Positions 18,602 through 27,554 of a DNA stretch of 64,000 nucleotides are shown piece by piece. The notes beneath the pieces are model-generated. The model saw only the letters and a list, made by a program, of their open reading frames with translations. It made no database searches and was not told where the DNA came from. The stretch's first letter is position 1. Every line of letters begins with the position of its first letter. Position numbers and translations under genes: made by a program. Origin of the DNA: Bacteroidales bacterium (GTDB taxonomy: Bacteria > Bacteroidota > Bacteroidia > Bacteroidales > UBA7960); the NCBI GenBank assembly GCA_003567205.1, contig PXAA01000067.1, positions 1,578-65,577 of the forward strand, given 5' to 3'.

Positions 18602-19676
18602 AGGTGGGATAATCAATGTAGCCTTTGGGCCCGCCATGATAAAAAGTTTCCTTGTCGGGTTCGGCCAGGGGTGCCCCCGTTTTTAGCCGCGCCACCAGGT
18701 CAGGGTTTGATATGAATGCTTTGCCAAACGCAATGAGATCGGCATGGCCTGCCACTATCATAGCCCGTGCGCTTTCCAGGCCATGCCCGCCGCATGAGAT
18801 CAAAACCCCCTTGTATAGGTTGCGGTAAAAAGGCACAATGCTCTTTGCTGTCCCGTTTAGTCGCTCTTCAGGAGTCATTATTTCACTGATGTGCAGGTAA
18901 GCCAGGGATAAGCCATTTAACTGGTCCACGATCCAGCCATAGGTTTTTTCGGGATGCGAATCAGCCATGCCCGGTTTCACTGCCCTTGGTGACAAACGCA
19001 GGCCTGTTTTGCCGGCAGGAACATATTTCAGCACCTCTGCGATCACCTCAAACAAAAACCTGGCCCTGTTTTCTACCGGCCCGCCATAGTCATCCATGCG
19101 GCTGTTGGTACCATCCATAATAAACTGGTCAATCAGGTAGGCATGCGCCCCGTGGATCTCCACACCATCAAACCCTGCCTCCATGGCATTTTTTGCCGCA
19201 CGGCCAAAATCTTTAACCGTATTGTGGATCTCTTCCACTGTCATTGCACGGGCGTATTCGTAAGGAAGCCGGCCCTCCGGGGTAAGCACCTCCCCCTGGG
19301 GCCTGATCTCTGAAGCTGCCAGCGGGGACTTTTTCCCGGGCTGCAACAGGCGATGCGACCATGGTCCCACATGCCAAAGCTGGAGAAAAATCTTGCCCCC
19401 TGCCCGGTGTACTACATCGGTTACCGTTTTCCAGCCGGCGACCTGTGCCGCCGAATAACAGCCTGGAGAACCTGTAAACCCATAGCCCTCCGGTGATATC
19501 TGGCTTCCTTCCGCCACGATAAGCCCCGTCGAGGCGCGTTGCCGGTAATATTTGCCGATCAATTCATTGGCGGTAAGCCCCGGCAAGGTGGCCCGGCGAC
19601 GTGTAAGGGGCGCCATCACAATGCGGTTGGCCAGGGTATTTGGACCCATATTATATGGTTGGAATAGCTTATCCAT
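18591..19676 (-). CDS. nemA: Old yellow enzyme family alkene reductase (NemA-like)
   Basis: NRIVMAPLTR, QLWHVG, GFDGVEIHGAHAYLIDQF, ISNPDL, KGYIDYP; start placed at MDKLF. Confidence 0.9.
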   Translation of the reverse strand: MDKLFQPYNMGPNTLANRIVMAPLTRRRATLPGLTANELIGKYYRQRASTGLIVAEGSQISPEGYGFTGSPGCYSAAQVAGWKTVTDVVHRAGGKIFLQLWHVGPWSHRLLQPGKKSPLAASEIRPQGEVLTPEGRLPYEYARAMTVEEIHNTVKDFGRAAKNAMEAGFDGVEIHGAHAYLIDQFIMDGTNSRMDDYGGPVENRARFLFEVIAEVLKYVPAGKTGLRLSPRAVKPGMADSHPEKTYGWIVDQLNGLSLAYLHISEIMTPEERLNGTAKSIVPFYRNLYKGVLISCGGHGLESARAMIVAGHADLIAFGKAFISNPDLVARLKTGAPLAEPDKETFYHGGPKGYIDYPTFTC

Positions 19677-19689
19677 ATGGCATGTATTT

Positions 19690-19713
19690 ATTGGTTGATT
19701 GGTTGATTGGTTT
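19690..19713. repeat. 8-bp tandem repeat x3
   Basis: ATTGGTTG ATTGGTTG ATTGGTTT directly upstream of the OYE start. Confidence 0.7.
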
Positions 19714-19812
19714 ATCTGTATTGCCATTTTCAACACATTGGGGCTGTTGCCCATCATTTATCTGGTAATACACAGGAAAAAACCAGCGGAATAAGCCCGG
19801 CATCCTGCTTTA

Positions 19813-22566
19813 TCAGTCCCCTGAATATGGCACCCCCTCCCGGATCCAGGCCGGTGCTTCCCTGCCCCTCAAATAGTGGTCAAAATATTCCTTCATCCGG
19901 ATGGTATAATCCAGTTTATTGGGGTATTTCTGCGGATGATGGGGCTCATCGCGATACTGCAAAAAGATCACATCCTTGCCGGCACGGCGCATGGCCAGAT
20001 AGAGTTCGATGGATTGCTCCCAGGGCACAGCCTCATCCACGTCGCCATGCATGATGAGCATGGGGGTATAGATCTCGTGGGCATAGAACAGGGGCGAATT
20101 TTCAATGTAGAGGTAGCGCCTGTCAAAGAGGGAGGAGCCGATGCGGCTCTGGCCGGTCTCATACTGAAACTGACGGGCCAACCCACTGCCCCAGCGAATA
20201 CCCCCATAGGCACTGGTCATGTTCGAGACCGGGGCGCCGGCAATAACAGCGGCAAACATATCTGTCTGTGTCACCACATAGGCGGCCTGGTAACCACTCC
20301 ATGAATGGCCATGGAGCCCGATGGCATCAGGGTCTGCAATACCCATGTCGATAATGGTCTGCACGGCAGGCCCCAGTGATTTCACCGCCGACATGCCAGG
20401 ACGGCCTTCCACAAAATGTATATCCGGCAAAAACACTACATAGCCATTGCTGGCATAGTAACCAAAACCGGGCCGGTGGTTGATCACCGTCTGGTTGAAA
20501 TCATGCAGCCGCTGGGAGAACTTTTCATAAAAATACACGAATACCGGATAGCGACGGGACGGATCATAATCGCCCGGTTTGATCACAATGCCCTGCAGGG
20601 GATGCCCGTCGGCCGAGGTATAATGGATCAGTTCGGCCTTGCCCCAGTTGAACTGTTCCACTTGCTCCTGAAGGTTTGATAATTGTTGCGGCCGGCGGAA
20701 TCGGGCGTTGGAAACCCAGAGGTCTGGAAACACATCCTGTGATTCGCGGGTAAACAAAAGGGTGGAACCGTCATCAGACAAGCGGCGCAAACGAAGGTTT
20801 TGCCCGGTATCGTAAAGCAGGTCCAAACCCACTTTGTCGAGGCGGGCCGAATAAATGGCCCGGGTCTTGGTCTCTTCATTAAACCCTTCGAGAAATACCG
20901 CCTCATCGGGACCAAAAAAAAAGGCATCATCCAGTTTGCGAATACGTAAGACGGTCTTATCCTGGCGGCCTTTGCCGGCGGTAATGTTTCGCATTTCACC
21001 CGTTACTGCATCAGCCAGCCATATATCATAACGGTCATAAATCAACACAGACTGTCCGTCATCCACCCATCCGGCTACGGGGTAGCCCGAAACTGTCGAT
21101 GGCGTATCGTGGGTTTCGTTGTAAAACGGAACATCAATATGCCGGGTCAGGTTTGTATGCGTACCGGATAAAACATCAAACACATGCCAGTGTTTGTCGC
21201 GGAAATATACCAGGAACCGGCCACCGGGCGACAAGGAGGTCATGCCCTGCATTTCCTCAAGTACCGTATGCTTTTCCCCGGTATACAGATTTACAAGGTA
21301 AATATCCCTGAACCATCCCTCCCAGGTAATCCGCCTGCTGTAAGGAACATTGGTGGAAAGAACTGCATGGTCGCCCGTGGCCGCCACCTGCAATTGGTTG
21401 ATCTTTTCATCGGCCAGCCAAACGATGCGATCATCCGCCAGGTGATAGACAGACAAAAGGTTTTGCCGCTGCACCTGCCGCCAGGCATTTTTTTCATGGG
21501 TTTTGATCAAGGGGTCGTCGCCATGCCAGATATCTATCTCCGCATCCTGGCGGATGGAATCAAGCACAGAGGGGTATTCTTTTTCAGCTTCAGGCTGTGC
21601 CGAAAAACGTGCCGGCCGCAAACCAAAGAACAAGCGTTCCCCGTCAAGGGTCCATTGCAGCCTGTTATCGAATGGTAGGAAATAATCATCGGGGGCATCG
21701 CTTTGGGCCAGGAGCTTTCCGGGTGAGGCATCATTTGGCTGCCAGAGGTATAGCGCTGCTGTTTCTGCCGTATCCTTTTCCAGGTCCTCCGCGCGCATAT
21801 AAGCCAGCCGCGAGATCCCTTCAAACCATGTAAACCCGCCAAATTTCGCCTTGCCGACAGTATCCAGGGGTAAGGGATCCGATAAAAGATCATCCAGCGA
21901 AAAAGCATACAAACCATTAATGGCCTCCAGGGTGTCCTTCATTGTAAATATCAGCGTGGTGGCCAGGCTGTCTACCGTCCAGGCATGCACAAAATCAAGG
22001 GTCCGCTCCGAATCTTCATCCAGATCACGGATCAAAAGGGGTGTGCCGGCATCTTTCAATTGCTTGTTTTCTTCATCAGTCAGCAAGGTGTCTTCAGCAA
22101 ATGCATGATGCACAAAAAGCAGGTCCCGGTTTTTAGCGAAACGGCCTTGCTGCACATTATCATAAACAACCCTCGATCCGTCGGCCGTATGCACAAGCAC
22201 CGCGCCATTGTTTGGCCTTTGTGACGCCGGTTTGCCCTCTGTTTCTTCAAAGGGCGGCCGTTGGGTAAACAAAGCCCATTGTCCGGAAACTGAAAAGCGC
22301 GGACTTTCCCCACGGACAACTTTATATTCGGATTGCCGGCCGGCCGACACCAGCATGCCATAGCCATCGCCCCTGTCTGGCCAGGCCGCATAAGCCACCC
22401 AGCTGCCATCCTGGTTGATCTGTAAACTGTGATTGTGGATGTGGTGAAAGTGCATGATGTCTTCCAGTGTCATGGGCCGCCGTTCTTGTGCAACGGAAGA
22501 AAAAACAAAGAAACAAGCAATCCCTGCAAAAATCCAGTGCCGGGCCACGGAACGAATCATATTCAT
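19813..22566 (-). CDS. Secreted S9 prolyl oligopeptidase-family peptidase
   Basis: Signal peptide; long propeller-type N-region; GHSWSGY nucleophile, HGDVDEAV, EPHH; alternative GTG start at 22590. Confidence 0.92.
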   Translation of the reverse strand: MNMIRSVARHWIFAGIACFFVFSSVAQERRPMTLEDIMHFHHIHNHSLQINQDGSWVAYAAWPDRGDGYGMLVSAGRQSEYKVVRGESPRFSVSGQWALFTQRPPFEETEGKPASQRPNNGAVLVHTADGSRVVYDNVQQGRFAKNRDLLFVHHAFAEDTLLTDEENKQLKDAGTPLLIRDLDEDSERTLDFVHAWTVDSLATTLIFTMKDTLEAINGLYAFSLDDLLSDPLPLDTVGKAKFGGFTWFEGISRLAYMRAEDLEKDTAETAALYLWQPNDASPGKLLAQSDAPDDYFLPFDNRLQWTLDGERLFFGLRPARFSAQPEAEKEYPSVLDSIRQDAEIDIWHGDDPLIKTHEKNAWRQVQRQNLLSVYHLADDRIVWLADEKINQLQVAATGDHAVLSTNVPYSRRITWEGWFRDIYLVNLYTGEKHTVLEEMQGMTSLSPGGRFLVYFRDKHWHVFDVLSGTHTNLTRHIDVPFYNETHDTPSTVSGYPVAGWVDDGQSVLIYDRYDIWLADAVTGEMRNITAGKGRQDKTVLRIRKLDDAFFFGPDEAVFLEGFNEETKTRAIYSARLDKVGLDLLYDTGQNLRLRRLSDDGSTLLFTRESQDVFPDLWVSNARFRRPQQLSNLQEQVEQFNWGKAELIHYTSADGHPLQGIVIKPGDYDPSRRYPVFVYFYEKFSQRLHDFNQTVINHRPGFGYYASNGYVVFLPDIHFVEGRPGMSAVKSLGPAVQTIIDMGIADPDAIGLHGHSWSGYQAAYVVTQTDMFAAVIAGAPVSNMTSAYGGIRWGSGLARQFQYETGQSRIGSSLFDRRYLYIENSPLFYAHEIYTPMLIMHGDVDEAVPWEQSIELYLAMRRAGKDVIFLQYRDEPHHPQKYPNKLDYTIRMKEYFDHYLRGREAPAWIREGVPYSGD

Positions 22567-22718
22567 AATCTTATCCTTTAAAAATTTCACGTTGAACAGA
22601 TGCTATCGTTTTATCTGAATCGGTATCAAAAATACTGATTTTTACAGAGACCCCCACAGAAGCACGGCCTGGCATCAAAAAAATTTACTGTACTGTGTTG
22701 TAGTATTAAAAAAATGTT

Positions 22719-22726
22719 TATCATTG
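22719..22726 (+). promoter_or_regulatory. Probable -7 element of the aromatic amino acid operon
   Basis: TATCATTG(CA), one mismatch to TAnnTTTG, about 20 nt before the leader ATG. Confidence 0.5.
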
Positions 22727-22744
22727 CAGTCTGAGGCGAAAAGA

Positions 22745-22810
22745 ATGACTGCTGCGAACAATTATACCACCTATTATTATTATTTCTTTAGCAATAAAGG
22801 GGTGTGGTGA
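22745..22810 (+). CDS. Tyr/Phe/Trp-rich attenuator leader peptide (21 aa)
   Basis: MTAANNYTTYYYYFFSNKGVW*, directly upstream of a terminator and the aro genes. Confidence 0.85.
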   Translation: MTAANNYTTYYYYFFSNKGVW

Positions 22811-22842
22811 TATGGTGTAAAGCAAACACATAACAAACGATT

Positions 22843-22870
22843 AAAGCCCCGCAATGCGGGGTTTTTTTTT
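22843..22870 (+). terminator. Attenuator (intrinsic terminator) of the aro operon leader
   Basis: AAAGCCCCGC-AAT-GCGGGG followed by T9. Confidence 0.88.
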
Positions 22871-22909
22871 GCCCGAAATATGGGAAAACATATAATACCA
22901 ATCGTAAAC

Positions 22910-23547
22910 ATGAATATATGTATAACGGGCCTGGGGCTTATCGGTGGTTCCATGGCGAAAGATTTAAAACAACGGGGGTTTGCCCAACATATCATCGGTG
23001 TCGACAATAATGCCAGGCACCGTGAATTAGCCAGGGCAAACGGGTTGGCAGACGAAATAACCAGCCTGGAAGATGCCGTGCGCATGGCTGATTTAATTAT
23101 TTTGGCCACGCCCGTTGATGCGACCGGGAAAAAAGCGATAAAGAATCGCTTGATGTAGTTAACAGAATGTTCAAGGTGCTGAATATGCAAGTCATTCATA
23201 TGAATGCCGCCCGGCACGACGTTCACGCGGCCTATGTCTCCCACATATCACATATCGCTTCCTTTGCATTATCCATTTGTGTTCAGGAGAAAGAAAAAAA
23301 CGAAAAACACATAGCAAGTATGGCAAGTGGTGGCTTTACAACAACCGTCAGGCTGGCCGCCAGCGCATCCGGCACCTGGACTCCCATTTTTGAAGAAAAT
23401 GCCGAACCAGTATTGGAAGCGCTTGATGCCTATATTGATCAACTGCTTTCTTTTCGAAAACATATTGCCGGCCGCGATACAAAAAGCATCAGCCGGTTGA
23501 TTCATCAGGCCAATACAATCCAACAAGTAATCAATAAACATGTATAA
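22910..23547 (+). pseudogene. tyrA: Prephenate dehydrogenase with internal deletion and frameshift
   Basis: GLGLIGGS...LATPVDA joins out of frame at about 23119 to CDREKSD...HDVHAAYVSHISH; the DxGSTK and HPMAG motifs are absent. Confidence 0.88.
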
Positions 23548-23560
23548 TCACCACGTTATT

Positions 23561-24367
23561 ATGAAAACAGACGGACACCTGACTCTTAAAAACAAGCCTG
23601 AAAAGACCCGGCTGCCTTTGATCATCGCAGGTCCCTGCAGTGCAGAATCGCCCGTACAACTAATGGAAACAGCCACCGCCCTGGCCACAACAGGAAAGGT
23701 AGATTATTTCAGGGCGCATGTGGAAAAAGCTTTGGAACACGGCATCGACATGTTGTGGATTGGTGCCCGTACGGTCCGCAACCATCCGTGGTGGCATATT
23801 CCCGTAACACTGAAACAAAGAATGCCGGAAATCCCTATAATTTGTGATCCCAGTCATATTGCGGGCGATCAACAACTTGTGGAACTGGTGGCCCGCAGAG
23901 GTCTGGAGATAGGAATGGATGGACTCATGATCGAGGTCCATTCGCAACCGGAAAACGCACTGAGCGATGCCAGGCAGCAAATTACCCCAGCCGCTTTTGC
24001 AGATCTGATGAATAAACTTTTTGGGAAACATGTAACAGGAAAGGAAGCAAACAGAAGCATGCTGGAAGAGTTGAGGGCGGAGGTGGATGTCATTGACCAG
24101 GTATTGATATGGGCGCTTGGCAACAGAATGAAATTGGCGGGTGAGATTGCTACCATCAAAACGGCCCATGATATGAAAACCCTGCAGCCACGGCGTTGGA
24201 AACAAGTAATAAAAAAAGTGCTGTCCAGGGCAAGGGATGCCGGCCTGCGCCAGGCTTTTGTCCGGAAGTTGTTTGAAGAAATCCATCACGAATCTTTATC
24301 GGCGCAAAAAACAAAGCACTCCACACGTCCTAAAAAGCCGGGAATTCCTCCTATCTTTGAATTATAA
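23561..24367 (+). pseudogene. DAHP synthase-chorismate mutase fusion with two in-frame internal deletions; CM domain appears intact
   Basis: IAGPCSAES, WIGART, DPSHIAG, DGLMIEVH, ALSDARQQ present; KPRT segment and KNP...HRGF segment absent; C-terminal AroQ-like LEELRAEVDVID...IHHES. Confidence 0.82.
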
Positions 24368-24377
24368 TCAGAGGCCA

Positions 24378-25412
24378 ATGAAACCCATAATTATCAATGG
24401 ACGCCACGGAAGCAGCCGTATCCTTGCAGGTGAAACCCTGGATAAACTCGGGGAATACATCCCCGGACACAATGTATTTATCATCACCGACAAAAATCTG
24501 CATAAGATCTATGGGCATCGTTTTCCGGATTGCCCGGTATATGTGTTGGATGCCGGGGAACAACAAAAAACCCTCGAAAATGCAGCGTACATCTGTCGTT
24601 GGCTAATGGAAGAAGGAGCCGGAAGGGATGCTTTTGTGCTGGGGTTTGGCGGTGGCATGGTATGCGATATGGCAGGTTTCGTAGCTTCGGTATATATGCG
24701 TGGAACCAGGTTTGGTTATGTAGCCACCTCGTTGCTGGCCCAGGTAGATGCCGGCATCGGCGGTAAAAACGGTGTCAATCTGGATGGATTCAAAAACATC
24801 ATTGGTACTTTTAACCAGCCACAATTTGTTTTGTGCGACACCACCCTGTTGCACAGTCTGCCCAAAGAGGAATTAAAAAATGGCCTGGCTGAAATGGTCA
24901 AGCATGTACTGATCGCCGACAAACACATGTTCAATATAATAAAGGACCATGCCGGCGACATCCTGAACCTGGACGAAGGCCTGATCAACAAATTGGTTCA
25001 GCACTCAATTCATGTAAAAGCAGCTATTGTCAACAAAGACGAAGTGGAAACAGGCGAACGCCGAAAACTGAACCTGGGCCACACCTGGGGTCATGCCGTG
25101 GAGAAAACCGACCGCATTTCCCACGGCCACGCCGTAGCCATCGGATTGGCCTTTGCCGCCAGGTTATCAGAACACAAAGGAAGGCTCCGTCCGGCAGAAC
25201 GCATCCGGCTTACGAAGTTGCTGCAATCTTTAGGTCTGCCCACTGAAAGCCCCACAAATCCGGAAATCATATTCCAGTCAGTGGTAAAAGATAAAAAAAA
25301 GGAAGGTGATCATATTCATTTTGTTTTGATGGAAGGGATCGGCCAGGTTTCGGTAGAGCCCATCCCGATAAAAGAACTAAAAGACTTTGTAATAAACCAT
25401 TTGACCCATTGA
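24378..25412 (+). CDS. aroB: 3-dehydroquinate synthase
   Basis: GEQQKT, GGGMVCD, QVDAGIGGKNG, LNLGHTWGHA, HGHAVAIG, DKK. Confidence 0.96.
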   Translation: MKPIIINGRHGSSRILAGETLDKLGEYIPGHNVFIITDKNLHKIYGHRFPDCPVYVLDAGEQQKTLENAAYICRWLMEEGAGRDAFVLGFGGGMVCDMAGFVASVYMRGTRFGYVATSLLAQVDAGIGGKNGVNLDGFKNIIGTFNQPQFVLCDTTLLHSLPKEELKNGLAEMVKHVLIADKHMFNIIKDHAGDILNLDEGLINKLVQHSIHVKAAIVNKDEVETGERRKLNLGHTWGHAVEKTDRISHGHAVAIGLAFAARLSEHKGRLRPAERIRLTKLLQSLGLPTESPTNPEIIFQSVVKDKKKEGDHIHFVLMEGIGQVSVEPIPIKELKDFVINHLTH

Positions 25413-25426
25413 CATTTCGACAAAAA

Positions 25427-26344
25427 ATGAACACCTACGCAGTTTTCGGCAGCCCGGTATTGCACAGCAAAAGTCCGCAGCTTTTCAGTCCGCTGCTGGA
25501 TTCCGGAAAAGAATATTACACCCGCATCCGGCCGCAATCGGCCGAAGACCTAATCCGTATTGTCCGGCTGCTGCCTATTCGGGGCGCCAGCATCACCGCT
25601 CCTTTTAAGGAATCGGTACTGCACCTGGCAGACAGTGTCACCCCCGCAGCCCAAGCCGTCGGTGCAGTGAATTGCATCCGTCAGTGCAACGGTCGCATTG
25701 AGGGCCATAACACCGACCATTACGGGGTTTGCGGGGCACTGGAAGAAGCGGGACTGACCGTCCAGGGTGCCCGTATCCTGGTGCTGGGTGCTGGCGGGGC
25801 AGCTAAAGCAGCGGTGTATGGACTGGTAAATGCAGGCGCCAGAGTCAGCATCAGCAATCGCACCCTTTCCAGGGCCAGGCAACTGGCGCGTGTTTTTGGC
25901 GGCGATGTCATTCCCTGGACACAGCCAGCTAACATGCCACATTTCGATGCCGTGGTATCAACGCTGTTGCCTGAAGGTATTCCACCATATATCGACAAGC
26001 TGAACTACAACATGTTGCTCGACGCCATTTACAAACCATCCAGAATGAACAGGCAAGCCAGGGAAAAAGGCATCCCGGTGATCGGGGGCGAACGGTGGCT
26101 GATCCACCAGGGGGTAGAAGCCGCTGCATTTTACATTGACCAAAAACCCTCGCCCGATACATTGGCCAAAAAACTGCACGAGCATTTACAAAAAAAGGCA
26201 TTGCGTATTTTTGTACTGACCGACGACAGCATACGTCTTTTTCATCAAGCATCGCATGACCTGGTTATTTCGGCCTTCGGCCTGAATGATAATACCATCA
26301 ACGAACTGATTCATGAGGAAAAAAATCTGGCCTTCGGCTGTTGA
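25427..26344 (+). CDS. aroE: Shikimate dehydrogenase with about 55-aa C-terminal tail
   Basis: HSKSP, ITAPFK, GAVN, NTD, GAGGAA, NRT, HQG. Confidence 0.9.
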   Translation: MNTYAVFGSPVLHSKSPQLFSPLLDSGKEYYTRIRPQSAEDLIRIVRLLPIRGASITAPFKESVLHLADSVTPAAQAVGAVNCIRQCNGRIEGHNTDHYGVCGALEEAGLTVQGARILVLGAGGAAKAAVYGLVNAGARVSISNRTLSRARQLARVFGGDVIPWTQPANMPHFDAVVSTLLPEGIPPYIDKLNYNMLLDAIYKPSRMNRQAREKGIPVIGGERWLIHQGVEAAAFYIDQKPSPDTLAKKLHEHLQKKALRIFVLTDDSIRLFHQASHDLVISAFGLNDNTINELIHEEKNLAFGC

Positions 26345-27554
26345 CGGGACCCTGCAAGCACCGCCTTCAAAAAGCGCTGCCCAGCGGGCCATTGCCATTG
26401 CATCACTGGCAGTGGGTGAGTCAGAGATTATCCGCCCGGGCACAAACAACGACGTGCTGGCGGCCATCAATGTGTGCAGGGCCCTGGGCGCAGATATCCG
26501 TGAACGCGGCCAGTCCTTGCTGATCAAAGGGGGGGTCGACGCCCCCGCACATACCCTGGATTGCGGGGAATCAGGACTTGCCATCAGGATGTTTGCCGGG
26601 GTGGCAGCCACCCTCGGCCATGAGGTAACACTCACCGGCGCAGGAAGCCTTCTTAAACGCCCGATGCAAATGGTGGAGGATTCACTGAAAGCAGTAGGTG
26701 TAGCCTGCACCACACACAGGGGTCGTTTGCCTGTTATTGTAAAAGGACCCATCAAAGGAGGGCATGCTACGATCGATGCATCGCTCAGCTCCCAGGTTCT
26801 GACAGGGATTTTGATCGGGGCGCCTTTGGCCGGATCAGATACCCATCTGAACGTCAAGAACCTGAAAAGCAAAACCTATATCGACCTGACCCTTGAGATC
26901 ATGAATGCCTTTGGCGTGGAGGTGGAGCGGAAAAAAACCCGGTACTTTTTCATACGCGGAAAACAACAATACAGGGGGTGCAGGTTTGCGGTAGAAGGAG
27001 ACTGGAGTGCTGCGGCCTTTTTGCTGGTGGCTGGTGCCATTGCCGGACAAATCAGGGTCACCGGCCTGAATATGATTTCCTCCCAGGCTGACCGGAAAAT
27101 CCTGGAAGCTTTATCCATGGCCGGTACAGAAATTATCCGGGGTGATGACTGGCTTGAGGTCCGTAAAAAGCCCCTGAAAGCTTTTGGGTTCGATGCCACC
27201 AATTGCCCGGATCTTTTTCCTCCGCTGGCTGTTCTGGCAGCCAATTGCCGGGGCGAAAGCCGCATTGCAGGCACCGGAAGGCTTGGGGCCAAGGAAAGCG
27301 ACCGTGCAAAAAGCCTGATGGATATATTCGGACGCATGGGAATCCGGATCAGGGAAGAAGGCGATGCCCTCTTGATCACTGGTGGACCGATAAGGGCTGT
27401 CACCCTGGATTCGCACAATGACCATCGCATTGCCATGGCGGCATCCATTGCCGCCCTCAATGCACATGGCCCCATAAACATTACTGAAGCTGCATCCGTT
27501 GACAAATCGTATCCGGCATTTTACCATGATTTACAAAAAATAAGCATATCATGA
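26313..27554 (+). CDS. aroA: EPSP synthase
   Basis: PPSKS, CGESGLAIR, SSQ, EGDWSAAA, KESDR, DHRIAMA, KSYP. Confidence 0.96.
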   Translation: MRKKIWPSAVDGTLQAPPSKSAAQRAIAIASLAVGESEIIRPGTNNDVLAAINVCRALGADIRERGQSLLIKGGVDAPAHTLDCGESGLAIRMFAGVAATLGHEVTLTGAGSLLKRPMQMVEDSLKAVGVACTTHRGRLPVIVKGPIKGGHATIDASLSSQVLTGILIGAPLAGSDTHLNVKNLKSKTYIDLTLEIMNAFGVEVERKKTRYFFIRGKQQYRGCRFAVEGDWSAAAFLLVAGAIAGQIRVTGLNMISSQADRKILEALSMAGTEIIRGDDWLEVRKKPLKAFGFDATNCPDLFPPLAVLAANCRGESRIAGTGRLGAKESDRAKSLMDIFGRMGIRIREEGDALLITGGPIRAVTLDSHNDHRIAMAASIAALNAHGPINITEAASVDKSYPAFYHDLQKISIS

